NCBI RefSeq assembly: GCF_964204645.1
Contig: NC_134030.1
Coordinates: forward strand, 541,355-605,354
DNA: 64,000 bases
Source: Tubulanus polymorphus
Lineage: Eukaryota; Animalia; Nemertea
Direction of reading: 5' to 3'
The notes under the pieces were generated by a model. The model worked only from the letters and a program-made list of their open reading frames with translations. It did not search any database and was not told the origin of the DNA. The translations under genes and the position numbers were made by a program. Below are positions 24,168 to 37,318 of the stretch, in pieces; the first letter of the stretch is position 1, and the number at the start of each line of letters is the position of its first letter.

Positions 24168-24249
24168 TCTATAGACAGACAAACATGACGTTTACAGAAC
24201 GATTAACTTAATCTGGCTTTAAAAAATTTACGATCATTTAGTTAAATAT

Positions 24250-25120
24250 CCATTGATGAAACACTCTGAGTCCGTGTTGTAAAGATAATACAAAATCCCT
24301 GCACACTAAGAATAAAAAGAGTCTGAAATGTTTCCTTGAGCTAGTGTAGTTTATTCAACGTTTCAACTATATCCTAATAGTCATCTTCAGGAATACTGTA
24401 TTCCTTGAGCTAGTGTAGTTTATTCAACGTTTCGACTATATCCTAATAGTCATCTTCAGGAATACTGTATTCCTTGAGCTAGTGTAGTTTATTCAACGTT
24501 TCGACTATATCCTAATAGTCATCTTCAGGAATACTGTATTCCTTGAGCTAGTGTAGTTTATTCAACGTTTCGACTTTATCCTAATAGTCATCTTCAGGAA
24601 TACTGATATTGTCCTCATTATAACCATTGATGAAACACTCTGAGTCCGTGTTGTAAAGATAATATAAAATCCCTGCACACTTAGAATATAAAGAGTCTGA
24701 AATGTTTGCTTGAGCTAGTGTAGTTTATTCAACGTTTCCACTATATCCTAATAGTCATCTTCAGGAATACTGATGTTGTCCTCAATATAACCATTGATGA
24801 AACACTTCAGGAATACTGTATTCCTTGAGCTAGTGTAGTTTATTCAACGTTTCGACTTTATCCTAATAGTCATCTTCAGGAATACTGTATTCCTTGAGCT
24901 AGTGTAGTTTATTCAACGTTTCGACTATATCCTAATAGTCATCTTCAGGAATACTGATGTTGTCCTCATTATAACCATTGATGAAACACTCTGAGTCCGT
25001 GTTGTAAAGATAATACAAAATCCCTGCACACTAAGAATAAAAAGAGTTTGAAATGTTTTCTTGAACTAGTGTAGTTTATTCAACGTTTAGACTTTATATC
25101 CTTATAATAGTCACTTTCAT
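24250..25120 (-). mobile_element. Hammerhead-containing tandem array (family A), mixed 167-bp and 69-bp monomers, ~8 cores
   Basis: Core spacing is 69 bp (24390, 24459, 24528, 24597) and 167 bp (24597 to 24764). Confidence 0.8.
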
Positions 25121-26116
25121 TAGAAACTCTACGAAACATTTTCTTTTTTATTCTTAATTAGCAGATTCTATATCATTTAGTATTTTTAATTTAATTTAAT
25201 ATTTTTCATGAAATTTCCATTTTTTTAGTAACAGCATATTATTAGACGTATATTTTTGAAAATGGAATTCCATTCCCATTTCTTAGAACCCGTCAATTCA
25301 TCACGTTATTCACGATCCTTGCGCAAACATTATTATTTTTTTCCCAAAAAGGAACTTCGCAAAATACAGGAAATTTTTATTTTTTCTAATAGATATTGCG
25401 GTCATCCTAGTTAGATTCGTGGAGCGCGTGGTTTCTCGGAACGACTGTCTGTCTCACGTCGGCGCGCGCGTCAGATAATGACAATAATTACCTCTCACAA
25501 TCTAAAATATCTCAAATCGCGCGTTAAACTCGACAGTCATTTTTTCTATCTATTTAAACGATTCGATTGTCGTGGATCAATAGAAATCTAATTCCGGGAA
25601 TATGAATGCGTATAAGTACCAAACGTCACCTGCCAGGGACCACTCGTCGAGAATTAATGAGTTGTTTTGAATCATCGCTTCCGCGTTTTAAGTATTATAA
25701 GGGTGGATTTATAAAACACGTGTTCGAGTGTGAGTCAGAGAGAGAGAGAGAGAGAGGGGGCTTCATAGACCTCCATCTCTGAACTCAGTTTAACTTCCTG
25801 GTCAGTTTATTCCTGGTCGACATCGATATATACACAATACCGATATAAAGAAAACACCAAAAAAAAAACGCCAGAATATTTTCGTTCATATTTTGAAATA
25901 TCGTTACAGCCGTTAAAACGCGCACCTGCACGATAATTAACTATTCTAATCGATGATAATTTATCCAGTAATTATGCATGAACACGATTACGGAATTTAA
26001 TTTTCTCTTCTCGTCTCAGTTAAGAATGAAAGAGCGCTCGTGTGATGAGGAAGTTTATACGTACCACTTCAGAACTATATCCAGCAGCCAACAGCGAATC
26101 ATGAAAAAAAAGTTCG

Positions 26117-26617
26117 TCATATCATCATTTGGATAAGTTGTCACATTACGGAAGTCATTTCTATTTTTGAGTCTCAATTTGTATTTCTAATTCAATTCAC
26201 TAAGTGTAATCATGGACTAGAGTCCATGGTGTAATTCATAATTTGTATCTAAGTCGTCACATTACTGAAGTCATCTCTATTTTTGAGTCTCAATTTGTAT
26301 TTCTAATTCAATTTACTTAGTGTAAGTCATCATTTGGATAAGTCGTCACATTCCTGAAGTCATCTCTATTTTTGAGTCTCAATTTGTTTTTCTAATTCTA
26401 TTTACTAAGTGTAAGTCATCATTTGGATAAGTCATCACATTACTGAAGTCATCTCTATTTTTGAGTCTCAATTTGTTTTTCTAATTCTATTTACTAAGTG
26501 TAAGTCATCATTTGGATAAGTCGTCACATTACTGAAGTCATCTCTATCTTTGAGTCTCAATTTGTTTTTCTAATTCTATTTACTAAGTGTATATGTCATC
26601 TTTTGGATAAGTCGTCA
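26117..26617. repeat. 89-bp satellite, array 2 (~5 copies)
   Basis: Same unit as 22781; interrupted at 26211 by a short palindrome. Confidence 0.93.
26211..26228. mobile_element. 18-bp P-element-like remnant/footprint with 7-bp TSD
   Basis: gtgtaat-CATGGACTAGAGTCCATG-gtgtaat. Confidence 0.65.
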
Positions 26618-27577
26618 AAATGTTGATCTTGTCAACAACTTGTGAGTTGTAACTGCAAAATAATAGATATCCTATTACGTGTTGTTTGCATATATTTCAG
26701 GCAGGTGCCAAAATAAAATAAGTCTCTATTGGCGGCACGAACTTGAAGTGGTTTTTGTGAAGACCATTCAATCTATCTTTGATCCGTCGATCCTTGTGTT
26801 TATAATCGTGTTTTTTAATTCTTTATATTATTATTATTTATGGCTGCTTGACTTCGTCGTCTATTGTACGAAGATCCAGTCAAGAGCCACTCAAAAACAC
26901 CACCGCTCTACGGGAGGAGAAGTCAAGGGTTTGCCCGACGTATTCAACCAACTTTTCAAAAATTAATATCAAGTCTAGTGAATTTCAAAGACGATATTAG
27001 CACTTAACACATATCAATTGAAAAGCACTTCAAATAAAGTCTCTATAGGCGTGTACACGAGACAATGAAGTCTGCATAGGCGTTCCGGGAGCGAGGATAA
27101 GTTGTTTGAGCAGATATTAGTGAAATTTCTCAGACTACTAGACCGGTGTAGTGGCTTCTATTAGGTTCAGTATTCAATTGATTGTCAGCGTTAAAACCCC
27201 CGGGGTCCATAGGACGTGTACCCCGTCGTGACGTGGCGTCAGACCACGCTGATATTAAACCTCAAACCCGAGACGACCGAACGTCACAGTTCTCTGCATG
27301 GCTGACACAAACCGCGGTCTAATTACTGTGTATATCTCCTAACCGTAACAAACACGTAACACAAACAACTAGTAAAAATCCATACAAATAATTATATAAA
27401 TATTTATGCGTCTCGTTTTTGTTGTGATATCTTTAAGGTGAAGTTTCGAGATTAGAATTGAGGGTTTGAATAGTTTTTTTTACCGGGAGGGGGGGGGGGT
27501 AATAATCGTGAACTTTGTATCTTGATCTTGAACAAGTACTGTGCCTCGGATAGCAAATTCCAATCCAAATGTATGTC

Positions 27578-27740
27578 AAGAGTTAACTCTAACTCACAAC
27601 TGTGGAACTGGATCCTGAGTTCAGAGTTAACTCTAACTCACAACTGTGGAACTGGATCCTGAGTCTAACTCACAACTGTGGAACTGGATCCTGAGTTCAG
27701 AGTAAACTCTCCCTCACAACACTGTGAAACTGGATCCTGG
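27578..27740. repeat. Tandemly repeated MITE right ends
   Basis: (gagttaactc)taactcacaactgtggaactggatcctg about 4 times; matches the end of the 53678 MITE. Confidence 0.8.
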
Positions 27741-28317
27741 AGTCTTTTAAAAATTAAACGGTCAATAAGAATTTACGTGTTTCTCGGCGGCGACCACTAC
27801 GTGGCGCTGCAGGAGACCGGAGGAGGCACTGATGACCACAGTGTGATTACTCGTGCGCGGGTGAGTCAGTAAAAACTGCTGGAAGGTGCTGTCATATTTT
27901 ACACGCAGTAAACATGACAGCCGAATTAAGCCAGCTCGAGGCAGAAGTCTAGTTAACCCCGGTGTTTACGAGGCTAAATAGACATATCTCTGAGCCGTCT
28001 CTGATCGCCTTGTCACAGAACAGACTATATTAACAGCCGCACGTGCGCGTGTATTTCCCGCTAAAAGCTAATTAAACGTTAACGCAATTAATTCGCGCGA
28101 GATCTCGCGAGATCGGATTACAGACTGTCTTCACTTCCGGTGATGTTAAAATCACGTGTGCGGACTGGGTTACAGCTGCAGTAAAACGCGGAGTGGGGAC
28201 AATGGCCTGTGATCCGGGGCGCCTACACTGCGCATTGTTTCATCCTCAATCAACTGTTTTGTGACACAATGAAAGAACATCAAGACTTTGAAACTCTCTC
28301 AAAGAACAAGACACTGT

Positions 28318-28683
28318 TCTGGATCAAGTTCCACAGTTCTGAACCCACTTCCACAGTTCTGGACCAAGTTCCACAGTTCTGGACCAAGTTCCACAGTTCT
28401 GGATCCAGTTCCACAGTTCTGTACCCAGTTCCACATTACTGAACCCAGTTCCACAGTTCTGAACCCAGTTCCACAGTTCTGAACCCAGTTCCACAGTTCT
28501 GTACCCAGTTCCACATTACTGAACCCAGTTCCACAGTTCTGGACCCAGTTCCACAGTTCTCTACCCAGTTCCACAGTTCAGGACTCAGTTCCACAGTTCT
28601 GGACCCAGTTCCACAGTTCAGGATACAGTTCCACAGTTCTGAACCCAGTTCCACAGTTCTGTACCCAGTTCCACAGTTCTGTA
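28318..28683. repeat. 20-bp MITE-end minisatellite (reverse orientation), ~18 copies
   Basis: Unit ctg(g/a)acccagttccacagtt. Confidence 0.95.
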
Positions 28684-29444
28684 CGGGCCCAACTCGGATA
28701 TCGTTCTCAAGTCATTAGATGCAACTTGAGCGCAATTCAAATCGTACGACGATAAACTATTGTACGCCTGCACGTGATCACGTGATCTCATTCTTATTTC
28801 ACTCGCAAAATCGAAACGGACATTGAGCGAAAAAATGAATATATCTATAGAATACAAACTCCCAACACGAAACGTTTTATTTTATTTATTACAATCCGAT
28901 TCTTTCTATATAAAAAGTGTCGGGTTGTTTTTTGAAGAGAATGTGGCCATGTGCTCGACTATCCGATAATACTAACATGCGAATTGTCAATGTATTATAT
29001 TCTACCCTATTTCGGGGCATGAAAAGGCGCCCCTTATCTCCGGGTACAATACAGCGTACAATGCACCGTACAATGCACCGTACAATGCACCGTACAATGT
29101 AGTTTACAATGGAGCTGGGACATTTTCATAGAGTTTATTACAAAATCTCAGGTCACGCAATCCGAGTCTTCTCTGTCAGTGTCTTATTGCGTGACAACTC
29201 GTCATCTGGGTGTGTGAGATTCTCAATCAACAGACTATCTGATATATCTGAGATCCTACGACTACGGACCCCCCTCCCCCGACCGACCGCACGAAGAACA
29301 AAATTTAATCCGTTTCTGTAAAATGATAGCTCAATTTCCGCGATGTAAAATTATGAGATGGAAATGGTTTTTCTGACACGGTTTTTTGGGTCCTGAGGGG
29401 GTGGATCCCGTGGAACTGTGGGTCCTGGAAGGAACCTATCCCAT

Positions 29445-29800
29445 CTCCCGGGAACTCTCCAATCTCTCTCACGGCGGGTTCGCGGGAACTCTCCAATCTC
29501 TCTGTCGGCGGGTTCCCGGGAACTCTCCAATCTCTCAGTCGGCAGGTTCCCGGGAACTCTCCAATCTCTCTGTCGGTGGGTTCCCGGGAACTCTCCAATC
29601 TCTCAGTCGGCAGGTTCCCGGGAACTCTCCAATCTCTCTCACGGCGGGTTCCCGGGAACTCTCCAATCTCTCTGTCGGCGGGTTCCCGGGAACTCTCCAA
29701 TCTCTCTGTCGGCAGGTTCCCGGGAACTCTCCAATCTCTCTGTCGGTAGGTTCCCGGGAACTCTCCAATCTCTCTGTTGGCAGGTTCCCGGGAACTCTCG
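29445..29800. repeat. ~34-bp tandem repeat with internal palindrome GTTCCCGGGAAC, ~10 copies
   Basis: Unit ggttcccgggaactctccaatctctctgtcggc(a/g). Confidence 0.93.
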
Positions 29801-30173
29801 CTGTTCGGTCCGGTAATCTCGCAGTTTCTCGCGTGATGTTTGACGTCTCATCCTGTACGCAGTAAAGACGACGAAATATTCGGTCGCTAAGAAACGACGT
29901 TACGTCGCAGGGTATAATTACGTAGGGAGTTCAATCATCGACAGTAACAATCACTGTTCACTGTGTGTCCGTGCATCCGTCACAGATGTAGATTCGAACC
30001 CGGGACTCATTTAAAAATGATTCAATTATATTTTTCTCGACACCAGGAGCCTAAAGAAAATTGAATCGCTTGAATGAATAGCGAATCAACATAAAACTCT
30101 TTGAATTAGAATGTTTATAAACAGCTCAATATTTTAAAAGACTCCACTGATGACTCTGACAATTCTTTGTGTC

Positions 30174-30762
30174 CAGGGATTTTATATTATCTTTACAACA
30201 CGGACTCAGAGTGTTTCATCAATGGTTATAATGACGACAACATCAGTATTCCTGAAGATGACTATTAGGATAAAGTCGAAACGTTGAATAAACTACACTA
30301 GCTCAAGGAATACAGTATTCCTGAAGATGACTATTAGGATATAGTCGAAACGTTGAATAAACTACACTAGCTCAAGGAATACAGTATTCCTGAAGATGAC
30401 TATTAGGATATAGTCGAAATGTTGAATAAACTACACTAGCTCAAGGAATACAGTATTCCTGAAGATGACTATTAGGATAAAGTCGAAACGTTGAATAAAC
30501 TACACTAGCTCAAGGAATACTGTATTCCTGAGGATGACTATTAGGATATAGTCGAAACGTTGAATAAACTACACTAGCTCAAGGAAACATTTCAGACTCT
30601 TTTTATTCTTAGTGTGCAGGGATTTTATATTATATTTGCAACGCGGACTCAGAGTATTTCATCAATGGTTATAATGAGGACAACATCAGTATTCCTGAAG
30701 ATGACAATTAGAATAAAGTCGAAACACTGACTCAATGAAACATTTCAGACTCTCTTTTATCA
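30174..30762 (+). mobile_element. Hammerhead-containing tandem array (family A): 5 x 69-bp plus a 167-bp monomer
   Basis: CTGA(A/G)GA cores at 30252 to 30528 in 69-bp steps, then at 30695 (+167). Confidence 0.8.
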
Positions 30763-30894
30763 ATGATAATGATTTGGTATCATCGTAATCAAACTATTTA
30801 CTGGAATTCTGTTTTGTAATAACCTCAGCATTACAAAGAACACCTTTTCAAACTCGCTTTTACTTCCCGACTAGGAACAGAATTTCCTATATTC

Positions 30895-31059
<165 letters not shown>

Positions 31060-32035
31060 GTTCAACGACTCGGAATGAATGATAAATGATAAACTAATTA
31101 CCGATAGAAAACGTCCAGACACGTGCGTGGTGGAGTGATTGGTCAAGCACGTGGTCCTTCTTATAACGACTATTAAACTACACACAAAGCTGATTAAATT
31201 TAAGAGTCACTTTAATCGAGGAGTAAATAACGCGTGTAGTAAGACGCGCACGTGCGCCCTGTAGGTCAGGTGGTATTGTTTACAGATTACCCGCTCTATT
31301 GGACCCGGTCGAAAAATCACACGCTCTTCTTCTATTTCACTCGTCGAATCGGCGAAATTACTTTCTGGTCTAAAAAGCAAAGTCGTCTGGTCCGAATCAC
31401 GTGACTCGCACGTGCGCAACAGGTGCTACTTTATGTCGGCCGGGTTCCCCTCTCAAAAACTACACGCATCATTTTATTATATGTATAATGACTAATTGAG
31501 TAGATAAAAGCCACCCCGATATCTGCAGTCTCCAAATATGAGGGTTGATTATTGCGACTATGAAATACGTGTTAGTTTGTCTTTGTAGTCGAATTTTATG
31601 GAAAAATGCGCGCGCTTCAATTGAAGTATTAGCATTCAGAGAATGGTCGGTCACGGTGTTTGTACAGACACTGATCGAGAGAGGGAGAGAGATGGAGAGA
31701 GCGGCGCATGTGTGGGGGTTATGAGTATATACGTACAACCACTTTAACTTGACATTCGAGAGGACCCGGACCTCGATCAGAAACCTCTCACCGATTTTAG
31801 TAGCTATTGTGTTCTCGAGTAAGGAGAGAGAGAGAGAGAGCGAGGGACTGCGGGTCGCGGGGGTAATGTACGCGCATGGCCATCGCGTCCGCGAAAAAAA
31901 TTATATTGGAGTTTTTACTTTTAGGAACAACCCGCATGAATCAACTTAAAAACTATTACATCGAGACAGTGTCGATTGCATGAATAGAATTAATGTCTGC
32001 TGATGTCTGCTGATATCTGCTGATAATATGCTAAT

Positions 32036-32340
32036 GTCAGTCAGTCAGCCAGCCAACCATCCAGTCAGCCAGCCAGCCAGCCAGCCAGTCAGTCAGTCAG
32101 TCAGTCAGTCAGTCAGTCAGTCAGTCAGTCAGTCAGTCTCTCAGCTAATCAGCCAGACAGCCAGCCAGTCAGCCAGCCAGTCAGCCAGCCAGCCAGTCAG
32201 TCAGTCAGTCAGTCAGTCAGTCAGTCTCTCAGCTAATCAGCCAGACAGCCAGCCAGTCAGTCAGCCAGCCAGTCAGTCAGCAGTCAGTCAGTCAGTCTCT
32301 CAGCCAGTCAGCCTGCTGCCCAGCCAGTCAGCCTGCTGCT
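32036..32340. repeat. (CAGT)n/(CAGC)n tetranucleotide repeat
   Basis: Compound tetranucleotide tract. Confidence 0.95.
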
Positions 32341-33023
32341 ATGCGGGTACCAGGTTCATTGCCCTGAAATCCAAACATTAGACACAAAAAATTAAATTAT
32401 CCATTTCAATACGTCGGTGTCTGACTAGTGTCTGTTTGATCATTTTTTTTCTCCAAGGCGCAGCTCAGTATTAGAAATACCAGCGCTGTTGTTGCTGCTG
32501 CTGCTGTATTCTATTGTAATTAATTGTATTATATTCGAAAAGCTCGACGGGAATATAGAACATGAGAAATTACATTTGATGCTGCTGGTTACACGTGCGC
32601 GCGATAGACGAGGTCGTGTGGAGCCACTTTCTAACCGACCCACTCGAGACGAAACGTACGTCGTCTATGGCAGGTGATCCTTCAATTCAATTCAAATTCG
32701 ATAATAAAGTCGTGGTGTTTACGATGAGGGCTATTTCTGCCGATTCAATGATTTCCCTGAATTGATTATCATTATTATTGTTATTTTTATCATTATTCTT
32801 TTTTCTGTCTATATCGGAGACGAACACGTCACACAAAACGGCCCGCGGTCGTCTGCGATGGATTCCGTAGTCTGCAATTTCAAACTTAACAAAAACAACA
32901 CTAGGAAATATAAAACTTCAACTCGTGTCAGAGAACGGGAAAAATACACCAGAAAATATAAACCCTTTTTTTATGCGTCGTTGTCAATATTATACACACA
33001 GTGATCGATTGGTTTTTTTTAAA

Positions 33024-34440
33024 GTTGAATTGAGTCTGGCTTGGCTGGCATATCTGGGTTTAGCTAGACACAACCGTGGTTGAATTGAGTCTGGCTTGGC
33101 TGGCATATCTGGGTTTAGCTAGACACAACCGTGGTTGAATTGAGTCTGGCTTGGCTGGCATATCTGGGTTTAGCTAGACACAACCGTGGTTGAATTGAGT
33201 CTGGCTTGGCTGGTATATCTGGGTTTAGCTAGACACAACCGTGGTTGAATTGAGTCTGGCTTGGCTGGTATATCTGGGTTTAGCTAGACACAACCGTGGT
33301 TGAATTGAGTCTGGCTTGGCTGGCATATCTGGGTTTAGCTAGACAAAACCGTGGTTGAATTGAGTCTGGCTTGGCTGACATATCTGGGTTTAGACACAAC
33401 CGTGGTTGAATTGAGTCTGGCTTGGCTGGCATATCTGGGTTTAGACACAACCGTGGTTGAATTGAGTCTGGCTTGGCTGGCATATCTGGGTTTAGGTAGA
33501 CACAACCGTGGTTGAATTGAGTCTGGCTTGGCTGGCATATCTGGGTTTAGACACAACCGTGGTTGAATTGAGTCTGGCTTGGCTGGTATATCTGGGTTTA
33601 GCTAGACACAACCGTGGTTGAATTGAGTCTGGCTTGGCTGGCATATCTGGGTTTAGCTAGACACAACCGTGGTTGAATTGAGTCTGGCTTGGCTGGCATA
33701 TCTGGGTTTAGCTAGACACAACCGTGGTTGAATTGAGTCTGGCTTGGCTGGCATATCTGGGTTTAGCTAGACACAACCGTGGTTGAATTGAGTCTGGCTT
33801 GGCTGGCATATCTGGGTTTAGCTAGACACAACCGTGGTTGAATTGAGTCTGGCTTGGCTGGCATATCTGGGTTTAGCTAGACACAACCGTGGTTGAATTG
33901 AGTCTGGCTTGGCTGACATATCTGGGTTTAGACACAACCGTGGTTGAATTGAGTCTGGCTTGGCTGACATATCTGGGTTTAGCTAGACACAACCGTGGTT
34001 GAATTGAGTCTGGCTTGGCTGGTATATCTGGGTTTAGCTAGACAAAACCGTGGTTGAATTGAGTCTGGCTTGGCTGGCATATCTGGGTTTAGCTAGACAC
34101 AACCGTGGCTGAATTGAGTCTGGCTTGGCTGGCATATCTGGGTTTAGCTAGACACAACCGTGGTTGAATTGAGTCTGGCTTGGCTGGCATATCTGGGTTT
34201 AGCTAGACACAACCGTGGCTGAATTGAGTCTGGCTTGGCTGGTATATCTGGGTTTAGGTAGACACAACCGTGGCTGAATTGAGTCTGGCTTGGCTGGTAT
34301 ATCTGGGTTTAGCTAGACACAACCGTGGTTGAATTGAGTCTGGCTTGGCTGGTATATCTGGGTTTAGCTAGACACAACCGTGGTTGAATTGAGTCTGGCT
34401 TGGCTGGCATATCCGGGCTTAGACACAACCGTGGTTGAAA
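33024..34440. repeat. 55-bp satellite (with 51-bp variants), ~26 copies
   Basis: Unit gttgaattgagtctggcttggctggcatatctgggtttagctagacacaaccgtg. Confidence 0.97.
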
Positions 34441-34720
34441 TTAGCTTGGTACAACTTTGGTAGAACTGGTCCTAGCTAGGCACAGCTTTGGTAGAACTGG
34501 TCGTAGCTAGGCACAGCTTTGGTAAAACTGGTCGTAGCTAGGCACAGCTTTGGTAAAACTGGTCGTAGCTAGGCACAGCTTTGGTAGAACTGGTCCTAGC
34601 TAGGCACAGCTTTGGTAGAACTGGTCCTAGCTAGGCACAGCTGTGGTAGAACTGATCCTAGCTAGGCACAACTGTTGTGGTTCTGGATCTAGGCACAACT
34701 GTGGTATAACTGAGTCTAGA
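34441..34720. repeat. 31-bp tandem repeat related to the adjacent 55-bp unit
   Basis: Unit tagctaggcacagctttggtagaactggtcc. Confidence 0.9.
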
Positions 34721-34942
34721 ATTCTATTCGTGACTTATTTATCCAATCAAGTTTTAAACACGTTTGTTCTGGTTTTTAAAAACTTTAAAAATAAATCGCT
34801 TTATCCGCACAATACATAAAAGGTTTTAGATTTCGCGGGTGAAAAAGTTAAACCCGAGGGTAAAATATACACCTAGTGCAAGTAAGCCTCGGGTAATCCA
34901 GGTTTAATTCGACACCTCTTTTACACACGATGTCACATCAAT

Positions 34943-34961
34943 ACATCATCATCATCATCAT

Positions 34962-35028
<67 letters not shown>
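34943..35028. repeat. (CAT)n(CAG)n compound microsatellite
   Basis: About 7 CAT followed by about 21 CAG. Confidence 0.95.
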
Positions 35029-35223
35029 TGATACCGGTATAGATATTACGTGTTCGATTTAAGTTTTATTTTACTGAAAGAATCTGAGAAGAGAAGTCGC
35101 TTTCTGATTGTAAATCCGCTGCTATGACCTGCCAGGAGTCCGTTCAGCTCGGTATACTGCTGTGACCAGCCAGGAGTCCGTTCAGCTCGGTATGTCTCAA
35201 ATGTTGTCCTTTGTCTCTCGTCG

Positions 35224-35536
35224 TTCCACAGTTCAGGACCCAGTTCCACAGTTCTGGATCCAGTTTCACTGTTCTGTGCCCAGTTCCACTGTCCTGGACC
35301 CAAGTTCCACAGTTCTGGATCCAGTTTCACTGTTCTGTGCCCAGTTCCACTGTTCTGGACCAAAGTTCCACAGTTCTGGATCCAGTTTCACTGTTCTGTG
35401 CCCAGTTCCACTGTCCTGGACCCAAGTTCCACAGTTCTGGATCCAGTTTCACTGTTCTGTGCCCAGTTCCACTGTTCTGGACCAAAGTTCCACAGTTCTG
35501 GATCACGTTCCACAGTTTTGAACTCAGTTCCACATT
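35224..35536. repeat. 20-bp MITE-end minisatellite arranged as ~59-bp higher-order units
   Basis: ccagttccacagttctggat / ccagtttcactgttctgtgc / ccagttccactgtcctggac recurring in order. Confidence 0.9.
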
Positions 35537-35639
35537 TAGCTCAGTTAAAACATTTGGAATGGACTAAATATTCATCTAAAATGCATCGTCCAAGAAAAGC
35601 TAGCAAAATAACACTAAATGACACGCTAGTCTCAAACAT

Positions 35640-35767
35640 AGCGCATTGACCATAGTGATTAACACACATGAAAGGTCCTAGCTGTACCGTAACCCTAACC
35701 CTAGCAGGACTCGAACCTGTGACCTCCAGCATGCCAGCCGAGCATGCTAACCACTAGACCATAGATC
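35640..35767 (-). mobile_element. tRNA-derived SINE 5' head (or tRNA pseudogene)
   Basis: Minus strand: GATCTA-TGGTCTAGTGG (A box)-TTAGCATGCTCGGCTGGCATGCTGGAGGTCACA-GGTTCGAGTCC (B box)-TGCTAGGGTTAGGGTTAC; the acceptor stem does not pair. Confidence 0.7.
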
Positions 35768-35799
35768 AGTAGTGACTGAACATGTTTGTAAGTTTCTCC

Positions 35800-35965
35800 G
35801 ATCAGTGTGGTGACCTCTGGTGACCGGTCAGGTGTGGTCATGGTGACAAGTCAGGTGTGGTGACTATTGACAAGTCAGGTGTGGTGTCTGGTGACCAGTC
35901 AGGTGTGGTAACTGGTGACCAGTCAGGTGTGGTGTCTGGTGACCGGTCAGGGGTGGAGACTGGTC
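35800..35965. repeat. ~25-bp degenerate tandem repeat (ggtgaccagtcaggtgtggt)
   Basis: About 6 copies. Confidence 0.85.
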
Positions 35966-37260
35966 AGTCGCTAACTTTCTCCAATTAGAGGAGCTTCCAG
36001 TGAGGGGAAGTGAGTGAATAATGAAGTAGGACCCACGATCTCAGGGCGACAAGAAGGGAGTCTGGGGCTTTTTAGAAATATCGCCCGCTTGATGCATTTC
36101 AGAAACATCTTTTTTTCGTGATCCTTGCTACAAAACAATGATCCACTATCAAACCGGACTTTTTTGAAAGCAACATATTTACATTTGCACCAGTAGAAAA
36201 AAGCTTACGTCGTTAATCAACCAAAAATTCCTAAATCTTTCTAGAATTTTGGATGTTCGTAAAATCGTATTTTCGTGCGCTGAATACTGAACTCTCATTT
36301 TTGAAAATTGGACAGATTTGTCCAGAGCATCCTGAGCTTCCTGAGTGTCTTGAGTGTCCTCCGGCTGTTGGGCTGGACTATTTCACTATCATATCGAAAT
36401 CATCGTTTGTATTTATTTGTTGTTATTTTTAAGTTTGTCTCGGAATTAAATCCCCGAGTTTGAATTACTCCAATTCGATGTTTAACCACAGTTTGTACCA
36501 GAATTACTCCCAATAACTATCAGTATATACTACATCAAATAAAGTTTGGGCCCACGATCCAATTATATTAATCCTTTAATCCGGTCTTAATCCGCTTTAA
36601 TCCCTATAATCAATTGTCCACAGTTTTTAATATGTTTGTAATTCTGAATTCTAATTGATCGATAGTTTGTTTACAAAATCTAAATCGGTCTTTGTGATGA
36701 TCTGGAATTGCAGAAAATGTTCCCTTATGTAAAATAATTCTGATTTTGATGGTTATAAGTTGTTGTTGTTTTGTCGTATTGTTAATTATGTCTAGGAGTT
36801 AATTATCAATATTCATAGTTTTGCCCCGATCTAAATCGTCGTCCAATTAGACTGATAAATTAAGACATATTTAAGTGCTTGAACAAACTTGCTAATCAAT
36901 ACGACTCTGATATCGATGAGATTTGTGTGCTATAGGCCCGCGAGACCGACTGACCACCGGTCAGTCATCACACCCCACTCGTCCACCTATCTGCCATATC
37001 ACACCTATCACGCAACTCTTTAATTGCTTAATGAGATCACTGATAATTACCGAGATATTAATCAATCTAGGATAATATTTTGGCAGAAATTTCGCTTTGT
37101 TGTCAACGAGTAATTTCTCGATTATTTCTGTTTTTATTCCAATTCTCTGACACTCGATGATTATACATGAAATTACAGATTATTTGACAGACAGTAATTT
37201 TCAATAATTTCATCCATGGCAAGATATGTTTTTACAAGGTTCGGATCAGGTCAGATTGAC

Positions 37261-37318
37261 CATGGACGTATAAACTAGATTTAGATTTAGATTTAGAGAT
37301 CTAGTTTATACGTCCATG
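37261..37318. mobile_element. 58-bp P-element-like mini-MITE with 7-bp TSD
   Basis: gattgac-CATGGACGTATAAACTAGAT ... ATCTAGTTTATACGTCCATG-gattgac: perfect 20-bp TIRs. Confidence 0.8.

Noticed and set aside
28209-29865. Overlapping ORFs such as ELWNWVQN and GNSPISLS repeats (also 35046-35649)
   Set aside because: Translations of 20-bp and 34-bp minisatellites.
35700-35767. Functional tRNA gene
   Set aside because: A and B boxes are present, but the acceptor and anticodon stems do not pair properly and there is no adjacent oligo-T terminator; treated as a SINE head.
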